62,126 nt of DNA, filler included, from Choristocarpus tenellus KU-1152 (GCA_964200185.2; 13 parts of 13 records of this genome joined end to end with filler, not necessarily neighbours in it), one strand, 5' to 3'. Shown: positions 1 to 11,520, counted from the whole stretch's first letter. Numbers and translations are program-made. The notes: generated by a model from the sequence alone, not told the origin.

Positions 1-490
1 GGATCTCATCGTCCACACGTCCTCTGTTGAGCTGCACGGGGATCTAGTCCTCCGCACGTCCTCCGTTGAGCTGCATGGGGACGTCGACCTCCGCGCATCC
101 TTCATTGATTCCTCTTTCGTAGTCCTAGTGCGATGTTCATTCCTGTTCGGTTAGTGTCTCCGTGAGGTCAGGACGACGTATTTTCGCCGCACAATGTCTT
201 ACAGACCCTTTCGCTGGCATAAACCACCAGAGATGATCTCCATGTTGTCCAAGTCTCCACCGGTCGTGCTGGTGCTCCAGTCCAGTAGGGTAACTTCTTC
301 GTGTCGTTGAGGCCCATCACCTGCTTCTTTTCTTCATACTACTAAGGCTCATAACCTGTGCAATTTACCTTGGGAGGTAGTACTATTTACCAGTAGTGAA
401 GACAAGAAGGTGTGAAGCCTCACACAGTTCCCCTTCGCTGAACATGATTACTTGGTTGAAATTAGAAGAGTGTCCTTTGTGGGGTGTCTT
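1..490 (-). mobile_element. Degenerate Ty1/Copia element copy 1: PPT-like tract, 68-bp LTR (357-424), half-tRNA-iMet PBS, gag remnant with ~39-bp repeats
   Basis: Minus strand reads ...GAAGGGGAAC TG TGTGAGG...TTGCACA GGTTATGAGCC. Homologous in inverted orientation to 2670-3200. Confidence 0.7.
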
Positions 491-1597
491 CTCATTGCAT
501 GTTTGTTATTATTTGTGCCTCATGTTCAAATATTCCACACTGGACCTGCGGCTTTGGTGATGAAAGACGATGAATAACTTGGTGTAGATATGCAAAGTTA
601 ATGTTACAAGGGGCTCGTGGTCTCGATTCCGCTGACTGAATACATGGGTGAGACCAGTGTAGACTACCAGGTGGAATTTGCAACGTCCACATGGATAATC
701 AGAAAATAATCGCATCTACTTACCATACGTCATATATGATATATCAACTGATGATCCAATATCAGATCCCTACCATACATGGACTACCATACTTGAACGT
801 TGTGTAGAGCTCAACTGAAATATACGGAAACATATATCTNNNNNNNNNNCCAGTGGTGTCTGTATTTCCTAATCTACTCCACGGATGGTGTCTATAGTGT
901 ATCAGCAGCACTATCTACAAAACACCTCATACATAAGTCAACGGTTATGTCAAAGTAGTTGAATGCAGAATAAACACCCATACACATTCCCATTCATAAT
1001 CCGGATGTACTATCTCATTAGTTACATCTCTCATACACAAAATAAGGTACACCTCACTATTGTCCTATTTTGCACATATAATGTACCAGAAGGATACAGT
1101 AAAGCTGCAAGCGTTTAATCTTTACGACATGCACTGCTCAAAAGCGCAGACACCCACCACAACAACACAAACACACACACACATGCACTCCTTTTTCTGG
1201 AGTAAAAGAAATCTTATCCTAGGAGTAACATCGTCTCTGTATCTTCGTAACGATTGCTTGGATTAAAACGTGTATATGTATATGATATATATTTATGTCC
1301 AAATGCTAGGTTGATATTTCTAGTACAAGATCAATGCCAGAATCCGCAAAGCAAGGCCAGCAGTAACAGTACTGCATATAAGTAGTTTATCTGTTGCGCA
1401 GAATACGATATGAATTACATTAACACCTAACCGAAAGAATTCAAGATTATGGTTCATATCTTATTGGTAAATTTATGGAGAATCAATTCTGGGTTTTGAT
1501 GTCGCCACGAAACGTTTTTCTGTATATTGATAGGGAGTTTCTAGAAGCGTTGTAAGTGTTAGTGATCCCTTCTAGAAGCAACAGGTGCTAACCAAGC

Positions 1598-1732
1598 CCC
1601 ACCATCTACAGTAATATCACTCTTCTTTTCAACCATCTCACCACGTTTCAGCAAAGGGGAGTCATGTGAGGCTCCCATATCTTTCTTCTCTCTTCGCCCA
1701 TAATGACACAAACAACGGTCTAGATCTGTACA
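1598..1732 (+). mobile_element. Copia 3' end: PPT followed by a 68-bp LTR (1665-1732)
   Basis: CACTCTTCTTTTCAACCA...CAGCAAAGGGGGAGTCA|TGTGAGG...TGTACA, homologous to the other two junctions. Confidence 0.6.
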
Positions 1733-1739
1733 TAAAGCA

Positions 1740-1980
1740 GAGTGAAAGTATCTTAGAGGGTACGAGTTTTCCCTGTTTGTCCATTTGGGGCTTGGGTTCC
1801 CACGGGTTTTTGTGACAATTCGAAATGTCTCGGAGTAGGTGCAAGGTATACATTATGAAAAGGTGTGTCCGAACAAGGACACTTCCGAACAAACACGATA
1901 GCCAAAATTACATCAAAATCACAACATTGGATTTTGACACCCAATTGGATACGGCTCTACCCTCTAAGATACTTTGGCTC
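1740..1980. mobile_element. MITE family A copy
   Basis: TIRs GAGTGAAAGTATCTTAGAGGGTA / TACCCTCTAAGATACTTTGGCTC; internal sequence shared with 6 other copies. Flanks do not match as a TSD. Confidence 0.9.
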
Positions 1981-2669
1981 TCTGTCACTCTGTAAACGGT
2001 TGGACAACATCTACTCTTCTCTCATTATCAATATTTCCATCGCTCTGTTGTCATCGAGGTCCAAAGCTTACTTGATGTATTACTGTCCAAAAGTCAGCCC
2101 AGACTCGCTAGATGATACGATTGACCTAATGTTTATCTAGCTTGCTGAGCAGCCGTAGAGTTTAATTGATACATCTGATGTCCACATCCAACCCAGGCAC
2201 ACGACACCATCCCCATTCGTGACACTAACACGCTCAGGATTGAGCCGAACTATGAAATACTCCTACGCTATTGGATACACACAAGAGATCCTGAACGTTG
2301 ATGGGCACAACATGCCCAAGGACGACTGTCTTCCGAACATGTCAGTCAGGGTCAACAAACCATTATGTCTGATGCCCTACGATCCACTACGTACAACAAA
2401 AGAAGATGCAGTTGACTGCGAGATATTGGTATTTTATGGTAGACTCCAAGAGGTGTGTGACACTTCCTCGATATCATTACAGGAAGCATACTGGACAGAT
2501 ATGTCCAAATGGAATCTGTGTAAAAAATAGGACAATCGTAAGGTGTACCCTGTTTTTGTGTATGTGAGATTTATGACATTGGATTCAGTCCATTTTGGAC
2601 TATGTATGGGGTTTGGTATGATATTACAATTAATATTCTTTGACATAATCGTTGACTTACATCTCACAA

Positions 2670-3710
2670 AAAAAAAAGCAATAAGAAATCACCCCACAGC
2701 GTCACTCTTCTTTTCAACCATGTATATATATATTCAGAAATGGGGAATCGTGTGAGGTCCACACCTTCTTGCCTTCACTACTGGTCAAATAGCAATACCT
2801 TGAAGGTTAATTGCACAGATTATGAACCTCAATGGCATCAAGAACAACATGAAGAAGTTGCCCATCTGGACTGGAGCACCCGGACGACCAGTGGAGACCT
2901 GGACAACATGGAGATTATCTGTGGTGGGTTACGCTGGTGGAAAGGGTCTACAAGACATTCTGCGGCAAAAGTACGTCGTCCCTGAACTCACAGAGGCACC
3001 AACGGAACAGGAACGAAGGGCACACGAGAACTACAAAGAAGAGTCAAGGGAGGACGCACGAAGGACAATATCCCCGTGTAGTTCAACAGAGGATGAATGG
3101 AGGACAAGATCCCCGAGAAGCTCAATGGAGGACGCGCGGAAACGAGGCCCCTCTGCAGCTTATATGGAGGAAGCGTGGCGGACGAGATCCCTGTGTAGCT
3201 CATCACAAGGCCCGATATAAGCTACAAGGAGCTGAAACGGGGAATAGTCTCATCATCGTCATACCAACAAAGTGGACCTTCACCTTCGGCAAAAAAAATG
3301 GGAAGCTGGAGGCTAAGGAGACATGGGATATGGTACTATCGATAATGAGCAAGAACTGGAGGTCAACGATGATATTTGAGGGTGTACTTTGGGTACCTGG
3401 TATTCTATGCCGAGTATTGAGCACTGGGACCCTGTGACAAGGTGACGGAGACAATCGAGGCAATGCAGTCAGAGTCTGAACTATGACCAAGCCTGCGCCA
3501 GATGATGGACCTGGAGCAGTCGTCACTACACTTATCCCTGAGGGGGCCTGCCCATCGATTGGAGACCCAAAGATTCTTGCTCAGCAAAGATTCTGGGGAG
3601 TAAGTACTATCTACTCCAGACCATCCAGAACCATCTGCTATATGAGAGACACTCGCGGGCCTGACATGTGAGAATGGCCAGCGGTGATGGAGAAGATGGA
3701 GTAGCAATGG
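2670..3710 (+). mobile_element. Degenerate Ty1/Copia element copy 2: PPT, 67-bp LTR (2751-2817), PBS, gag ORF (2822-3220) and protease/RT scraps
   Basis: gag-like start LPIWTG...WTTWRLSVVGYAGGKGLQDIL; protease-like FEGVLWVPG near 3375; heavily deleted internally. Confidence 0.7.
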
Positions 3711-3713
3711 ATT

Positions 3714-3745
3714 GACCCAAAGTATCTAGGGGGGGGGGGGGTCTA
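3714..3745. mobile_element. MITE family C terminus at contig end
   Basis: GACCCAAAGTATCTAG followed by poly-G and TCTA. Confidence 0.75.
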
Positions 3746-3845
3746 NNNNNNNNNNNNNNNNNNNNNNNNNNNNNNNNNNNNNNNNNNNNTTAATTAATTA
3801 ANNNNNNNNNNNNNNNNNNNNNNNNNNNNNNNNNNNNNNNNNNNN
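3746..3845. other. Artificial contig linker. Others at 6648-6747, 9566-9665, 12590-12689, 18667-18766, 22637-22736, 25287-25386, 30106-30205, 38585-38684, 41272-41371, 47129-47228, 55917-56016
   Basis: Identical N44-TTAATTAATTAA-N44 spacer giving stops in all six frames. Confidence 0.99.
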
Positions 3846-4211
3846 CAGATACTTCGAGCGCCTGCACTAGCGTCTATTATTAATAACACAAAAAGTGATA
3901 CATGTACCATTTTACTCCCTCTGAACAACACCTCGATGATGCTTCGAAGATTTGTGGCGAGATTGGAGGGGTATGTTGGAGGATACACCAAACCAACGGT
4001 GAAGAAGGCTACACAGGAGGATGCAATTGCACCTGTCCGCACCTTTCCGATCCCGACTCTTCCTCTCACGCTTTTTTTCCCAAGACTCATAACACCGTAA
4101 GACAATACGATACTTCCACTCACTAAATCCTGCTGGAGCGCTAAACTTGAAGTTGACATCCAAACGATTTTCCGATGTACCCACTAAATAAATAAAACCA
4201 CGAGAAGGAAC

Positions 4212-4246
<35 letters not shown>

Positions 4247-4382
4247 GTACGAAATAGCCCTTAATGCTCCGAAGAATAATAATACGGAATAATAAATAAT
4301 TTCTCGATGAGAGGAATCTATCCGACACTTTAAGTCTGTGCATCCTGAGGTGACTTTTTTTTTTCCCTAGTGCAAACCGAGT

Positions 4383-4403
4383 GGGTTAGGGTTAGGGTTA
4401 GGG
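4383..4403 (+). repeat. Interstitial telomeric tract (TTAGGG)n
   Basis: GGGTTAGGGTTAGGGTTAGGG. Confidence 0.9.
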
Positions 4404-4468
4404 CTACATTGAGGCAAACCTCTTTACCCTGTCGCCCTCAACGACGCCTTACTAGGTAGGTGTCCTTA

Positions 4469-6040
4469 CCCAAAGGTCAGAGATGGCTCGAGTAGATTTG
4501 CCCCATAGGCAATGGCACCACCCATGGCACGGTAAAAGCGACAATCTGTTGCCCCAGGGAGCATTACAGGAACAAGGGATGACCCGGGGACAATTGCTGC
4601 AGCAGCTACCTCCATCGCTGTCCACAGTTGTGTGCCTGGGTCTGATCTTGTTGCAGGGGAGAAGCTCCTGAAAGTTATTGCAGTACATGGAGTTCATAGC
4701 CCAAGAAAATTGAAAATGTAAAAAGAGTTGAGTGTGTACTATTAGTACAAAGTGCAGGTATGGACCTCTCAGTGATAGCATTGCCTGGGGTCACTTGAGA
4801 AGTACTTTAAAGCATTCTCTTTGGTAAAAAAAATATCAGGGGGGTTAATGTAGTCCCCCCCTGAGCTACTCAGAGTTTGCAGGGAAGAATGCAGGACCAC
4901 GTTTGACAGCTGGTACATAAAAAGGGGGTCACTATGTTCTTCATTGTAACAGGAAAATTTATCTGTTGTGTAGCAGCAGGATGATCAGTCAAGGATAAGT
5001 AAATGGTCAAGCCTGGACTGGGACATCTTACCCGAAATATTGAAAGGGCTACATGTACCCGAATTTTTTGCCTGAAATCAATCATACATGATACACGCCT
5101 GCATGCAGAGGGCTGAATAAACATGACAGTTCGACAACCACAAGTCTGCAGACAAGGTAGCATATGTGGTGGTGCCCCCTGCCTCTTAATTTAAAAATAG
5201 CTCTGATACACGTGAGCGAGGCTGCCTACATTGACGACCCCATCCACGTAGTTGTTCACAAAACACTGCAACATATTTTCGATTATCCCCTTAACTATCA
5301 ATGGGGAGGGTAAACCCCCCTGTGACTACCATCACTTCATTTTTTCTCTTAGCTTCAGTGTAGTGACCTTGTTTCACCAATGGCCTACGCAATCAATCTA
5401 CACCAACACGAGGAGTGACTTTTTTCCAACACAGCAACGCCTTCCTCGTTTGGTGGATGATTTCGAAGTACTAATAAATCACTGCCCTAACCATAAGAAA
5501 CTAATTCCCTTGACGCCAGGGTGCTGCAGCACCTCACATGTACGGCAAGCGTGATGAGATCGAAGTGGTTTGGGTGCTTCCATGAAAAATCCAACGGTTA
5601 GCGGGGCGACGGAATAAAGGTATAGTCTCACGGTGACAGTTCAACTAATTACACTATACTATACTAGTGAAGTATTGAAAAAAAAAAAAAAAAAAAAAGA
5701 AAAAAAAAAGAAAAAGGTACCGATAAGATCGTAGAGTCCTTTCTTGTCCTCTTGACCCTTGTCATCCCGACAACCAGAATGACATGCACCCCGATCTCGC
5801 TTCAAGTCGCACTGCTGGCTCTATGCCTTAAGTGTCCTCAGTACCGGGGATACCAAGCGATACAACCTCATCACCCAACTTGTGATACAACCTCATCACC
5901 CAACTTGTCTTGCCTCATGTGCAAGCTGTAGCAGCCTCCGTCTCTTGTGGGGGCATTGCCTATCACCCCAAGCGCAGTCTGGATGTGATGCATGATGTAC
6001 TCTTCTCCTTGACCTGGTAGTGTCCGTGCATCCACCACAA
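4469..6040 (-). CDS. M20/M25/M40 family metallopeptidase, partial and spliced (exons ~5964-6040, possibly ~5026-5071, and ~4469-4667)
   Basis: IVVDARTLPGQGEEYIMHHIQTALG resembles the dimerisation domain. TQLWTAMEVAAAAIVPGSSLVPVMLPGATDCRFYRAMGGAIAYG carries the GATD-RF motif. The last exon is bounded by TTTCAG / GTAAGG. Confidence 0.75.
5859..5908 (+). repeat. 25-bp tandem duplication
   Basis: GATACAACCTCATCACCCAACTTGT twice. Confidence 0.9.
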
Positions 6041-6765
6041 TCTTCCCCCAAGGACCAGGTAGGTGAACAGAGCATAACAACAACAAAAAAAAAACGGCAC
6101 AGCAACAAAATGAGGCAGCAGTGGGGTTCGGAGTATGAGAGAGGATTATTAGTGTGTTGTGGGGGCGGGGGAAGAAGGGGGAACAGTTACCGTGATTTGC
6201 TTACCATTGCTCCAATGATCTCAAGGGTGTTGTCGACAAAATCGAGGTCTCCCATGGGGAATTCATCTGGTTGGCTCAATGTAACACATAGTCCATCCTA
6301 TTGGTGCACCTGTAGCTGTTGACACATCCCAACCCTGCTTCTACGACTACAAACACAACTACAAGTTCCACAACAACTATCACTACCCCTGCTGCTGCTG
6401 CTGCTGCTCCTATGGATCATCAAGTCCTCCTCTCTGCAGGTGAAAAACTATTTCAACAGAGTCTCAATGGTGGCAATGTGAATACAATTGCACAAGCCGT
6501 TTCTTGGGTATGTACAAGTGTCTCCTTCAGTCCATCAGAGTCACCATCTCCATTGTAATGTTCTCAAGCTGTCTACTGTATCCCATCAACCGCACCCCCC
6601 CCAACACCCAACCCCACACACACCCCCATTACGCCCTGACGCTGCTANNNNNNNNNNNNNNNNNNNNNNNNNNNNNNNNNNNNNNNNNNNNTTAATTAAT
6701 TAANNNNNNNNNNNNNNNNNNNNNNNNNNNNNNNNNNNNNNNNNNNNCAACTGCATGCTCGCGGG

Positions 6766-7971
6766 ATGGACTCTGATCATGTCAGAACTGTTGAACCAGG
6801 TAGCAACGTCTCACGCCCATCGTCAATACCAGAAGCGAGTCGTTTCAGGTTTTCCGCTTCGGAAATACCATCTGGTCTTGTCATTACAGGTTCGGGAGAG
6901 GAAAATTTACCACTCTTGTTTTCCAGATGGCATGTGGCGATTTCGTTGCACTCTTGGCAGTATGGTACCGCATCCCCTGAGACAATCAATGCTCGATGTG
7001 TAGAATTTTTACCCAAAATTCTTCAAGGACCAGCTGAAACCTTTTACTTTCAGGCGTTAGCAGGCACAGTAGAGTGGCGTTCAACAAGTGATCTGGCTCG
7101 TTTACAATCGTCTCTTGACATCCCCGTCCCCATTACACCACCAAAGACATGGGATGATGTCCAGAAAGTCCTTATCACTGCGTTTACTCCTGCCCATGCT
7201 GTAAGTGTATCCGCACGTCGACTAACGTCTCTGAAACAGGGGGAGAATGAATCTGTTGATCAATATACTTTGCGTTGCACCACTGCAATGAATCGTTTTC
7301 TGGATGATGTTCATCGCACCATGTCGTCCTCAAATGCAGTTGACACGAAAGCTTTGCTTGTCGAGCAACTGAAGATTACGCTGATGGAAGATGGCTTGAT
7401 CCCTGCTATTCGTCTTGAGCAGATTCAGGACAAACCTGCCACCTCGTTTGCACAAGCTCGTGACCGTGCAAAACGGCATGAAGCTAACCATTTGTCTGGT
7501 AACAACCCCAACCCCATGACTTTTGCAAGTGCTATTACTCTCAATTCTCGTCGCGGACAGGTTCCTCGTAGTGAACTTGAGCAATCACAACGTGAATGCC
7601 AAAGGCTACGTACAGAGGTGGAACGTCACCGAGCAGGGGAGGCAATCCTTAACAGGGCTCCAGCTCGGTCGTCGGCGGGTCCACCTCCCTCAGCCGTGCA
7701 CTTTGACAAGCCAACACGACCCCAAGACACATCGCAGTAGTCAGCCTCACCATCCAGTTCGACGTACCCTATGGATCAGCAAAATAGTGTGTGCGAGTAC
7801 CGGGATTGTCAGGCAGCGACTCGTGAGGGTCATACAACTCAGTCATGCCTAGACAATCCGCGAGGTGCTCCGAACCCATAATTGCGTCGTAGAGGCAGGG
7901 GTCGTGGCAGACGTGTTCGTATTCGTGAGGACAGTGAGTCAACACCTGGCCATTATGGTCCGCGTCCCTAG
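6766..7971 (+). pseudogene. gag: Gypsy gag (Retrotrans_gag, zinc knuckle, Arg-rich tail) with internal stops at 7738 and 7879
   Basis: FTPAHAVSVSARRLTSLKQGENESVDQYTLR. The in-frame continuation past 7740 gives CEYRDCQAATREGHTTQSC and RRRGRGRGRR. Confidence 0.85.
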
Positions 7972-8174
7972 GGATGCCCAGGTGGATTTGACTCCTGTCC
8001 ACTTGGGAACAGCCATGGTGTCGTTGTTGACACCATTGTAGGGAGTGGCAAGCGTCAGAGGTTAACGCCAGTCGTACCTCTTGCCCCGCAGGCATTGTTT
8101 ATTGCCTGCACGTGTGTCACTAAGCATTTTTCTTTGCCATTAGTTCAACCAAACTCGTGTAATAATAATGAAAC

Positions 8175-8624
8175 TTGGTTCAACAGTTCTTTGTGCAGAT
8201 ACCCATCCATAAACCTTTGTCGTTTTCATCACAAAGAGTTCGTGTATCTGGCACCGTTGAAGAACAAGAGGAAAATGACTTGACAATTGACACAGCCAGT
8301 GATGTACCATGTATTTCTGAAATATTTGTTCGCAATCACCCTCAACTAAAACGTTTTGATGTGCATCCTGTCCCACCTGGTGCAATAAATCTACGTGCAC
8401 CAAATGGTTCACCATTGCATATCCGTGGATTTATTCGTTTTGCACTTGCACTTGGTGACACCACATTGCCAGTTGAAGCTTTAGTGATTCCCCAACTTGG
8501 TCCCGATAAAATTCTGCTTGATAATAGTGTTATGCAGGCCTTTGGTGCAATTCTTGATTGGCAAGAGAATGACGTCTTTCATTTCACAACAGTTCGCGTA
8601 CCATTCCAGCAAGACATCACATGA
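8175..8624 (+). pseudogene. Gypsy aspartic protease
   Basis: LTIDTASDVPCIS active-site motif; APNGSPLHIRG flap; ILLDNSVM...GAILDW. Confidence 0.9.
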
Positions 8625-9204
8625 CAAGGAGTCCCACTCAAGTACGTGATACAAGTACTACTCCTTCGTGTTCTGTGGTGAGTGTGCAACATGATTTTGA
8701 CCCTGTACCCGTTCGTGTACATAAACAGTATAACATACCACCTGGTCATGAAATCATCGTACGTTCGTTGCACAACTGATACTTAGGGTTATATACTAGC
8801 CTGTCGTTGGATACTGCCGTGGTAGTGGAGTCAGTCGCACACTCCATGCCTGCTGTAGATCAAACCACTGAACCTACACACCCATGGAATCGTATCGTAG
8901 CTGCCCGCACCCTCAGTACTTGGTCAGCAAGTAATAGATCAGTATTGGTTCAAATGGCAAATCCAACACCACGAAAAGTACGTATCAGGAAGCATCTTGT
9001 GATAGGTCACTTAACCCAAATTTCAGATCAGATACCAATCACTGTTAGTGCTCTAAATACTGATTCTACTCCATGCTGTAAAGCTAGAGAGGAATTACAC
9101 ATCAAGCCTTCACCAAGTCAAACGCATTCAAAGATACCACGTTCAATCAGTCACAAGTGTCTTAGCTTTTAGACCTCTGTGCTCGTTATAGATCGGTATT
9201 TTCG

Positions 9205-9565
9205 TTGAATGCAGCAGAACTAGGCAGATGTAACCTAGCTGAAGCAGAAATTCCTATAGGGCCTGGTACCAAACCTGTTGACAGGAACCCTTACAGAGCA
9301 AACCCCCGTACTCAACAAGTAATTGACTCGTGTGTTAATACTATGGAAGAGCAAGGCATTATTGAAAAACGTGCCAGCCCTTGGGATAGTCCTGTTACTA
9401 TTGTGGTCAAATCTGATGGCTCCCAACGATTCTGTGTGGTCTATAGGTCAACTGTTAACAAACACTTTGTTCGACAGACTTGGCCTATGCCTGATATAGA
9501 GTCTCATATTGATACTGTTGGGGGTGCAAAATTTATCACCGTTTGTGATATTCAGAGTGCATATT
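9205..9565 (+). pseudogene. pol: Gypsy reverse transcriptase N-terminus, truncated by contig end
   Basis: PYR...MEEQGIIEKRASPWDSPVTIVVKSDGSQRFCVVYR...WPMPDIE...FITVCDIQSAY. Confidence 0.95.
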
Positions 9566-11229
9566 NNNNNNNNNNNNNNNNNNNNNNNNNNNNNNNNNNN
9601 NNNNNNNNNTTAATTAATTAANNNNNNNNNNNNNNNNNNNNNNNNNNNNNNNNNNNNNNNNNNNNTGATTGGGGCCATTCCCTTTGTGTTTTTGTGTGTG
9701 TTTTGTGTGTGTGTGGCGTGCATGCTTTCTTTGTGTTGTTTTTTGTCAGTGTGTACGCCCTTTTTGGACATTTGCCAAGAAACCGCACTTCTTCTTGCTC
9801 TCTTTGTTCTTTGGTTCATTCGAGGTCTATCTGTAGTGCTTTGTTCTCTCTCTTTTTTTTATTTGGTACATGCTGATAATTGTTTTCGGTAGCTTGATAG
9901 AGATGCAGAGGTCTAGGTGAAGATACTATTTATTTCCTACTTGTTTATGTGTCTATATTGTTGTTTCTACAGGCAGTGTTTGTAAAGCTGCTATATACAA
10001 GTGAAGTACACATGTGCAATGTGTTTATGTGTAGAGCTTAGGATAGTTGGCACGTCACCAAGAAGTGTGGGTGCAGCACCAGGTTTGTCGTTGTTGTGGT
10101 CCTTGCCTATTTTCTTGTCCCATGCAGCTCTAGTTTTGTTGTTTTTGGTACACCTAGCAGAAGGCGACATGTTTTCCTGAAATGGAAGGAGATGATATTT
10201 TGTACTGTCGTTTGGAGTCTTGAGGTCTTGTATCCTTATATCATTTATCACAATGTAGATACTACTTCATATTAACTGTAATTGATGGATGTGGTGATAC
10301 ATAGATTCCTCCCACTTCTCCGAAGTATCCTTCGGCGTATTTGAAAATGGGTGGGCAATGTGAGTTAACACACTACTTGGTATACGAAACTGAACTGCTA
10401 CCATTCCCATCCACCCTTCTGTCTACCACTCCCATTGTATACTGTGAAACGTACTGTGGTAGGAATTTAACTTACTATTACCCATCCCATCACCTGCCAA
10501 GTTAATGATCATCTCCATAATCCACTTGAAATGAGTATTACTAGAGTTATCTGATCAATAACTACCGCTGCTCAGTGGTCCCTTGTATGTTTTTTCATTG
10601 ACTCTTTGAATGTTGAGACATGTCTACAGAAAATAAGTATGTCTTGGTACAACTCTCATCAGTTACTATTGATGTTTGTGAGTCATGCCAATATACGGAG
10701 ATGTAGCGTGTACCCTTGCTCAGCAGATTCCCTTCCAACTATGCAAAGATAAGCGAAGGAAAATATTTGTTTGGAGGAGAAAGAAGTCGAATTAAAGCGG
10801 TGATTGCATCAGTTCCTGACATTCCTCCAAACTCAAAGTGTAGTAACCAGAGAGTGTTTTCCCCTGTCAAGTGACAGAAGGACATGTAACGCCTACCAAT
10901 ACTGCTAACATGATTAGAAGTATGATTGAAATATTAAAGTAGTTTGTTGGAGTGGAATGTTGCACAAGCATGCACCTTTTATCGAGATAAAGTCGTAGGA
11001 CATTGACTTTTCAAGCAGGAGTGTAGGTATACACAACTATACCCCCATGACCTACTGCTGCTCAAGGTTTTGCTATTGATTCGGTTTATCATAATGAAAT
11101 CTCACTTCTGATTTTTTTGTCTTTCCTTGAGATGAGGGTGCAAGTAAGTAGTACAACAACACTGTATTGTTATTATAGTAATTGCACCATACTAAATTGT
11201 TTCCAAGTATGTTCCGTGAAATGCGGCGG

Positions 11230-11520
11230 AATACAAGGAATTGTATTTGGCGGTTTCAGGCGAAGCGGTACAATCTAGAAGGAAATATCCTGGATCTGTA
11301 GAGTTACAATTTCGATATATGTAGTCGAGAAGGACAGAAAGATTTGGGAACTTCTTCTTGTAGTCTTAATTCTAAACGCCTGGCGGTATAGAGTAGAGGG
11401 AGACCCACACGATCTCTACTCAATAGTTGCGGAGAAAGAACTGAGGTCATGTACTGAGTGCGACGTACAATCACAAGAGTACACAAATAGTAATAACCAA
11501 ATATCAATAACCAAATAACA
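11230..11520 (+). mobile_element. Possible decayed Copia gag remnant
   Basis: IWRFQAKRYNLEG...KIWELLL...GDPHDLYSIV resembles a Copia gag N-terminus. Weak. Confidence 0.25.

Larger units (their letters stand above)
6748..9565 (+). mobile_element. Ty3/Gypsy LTR retrotransposon internal region (gag, protease, dUTPase-like linker, RT N-terminus), disrupted by stops and frameshifts
   Basis: Domain order gag-PR-RT with the motifs listed in the next three features. Confidence 0.95.

Noticed and set aside
6440-6507. Plus-strand exon-like segment (CTCTGCAG...GG|GTATGT)
   Set aside because: Conflicts with the minus-strand M20 gene, and no partner exon or recognisable product was found.
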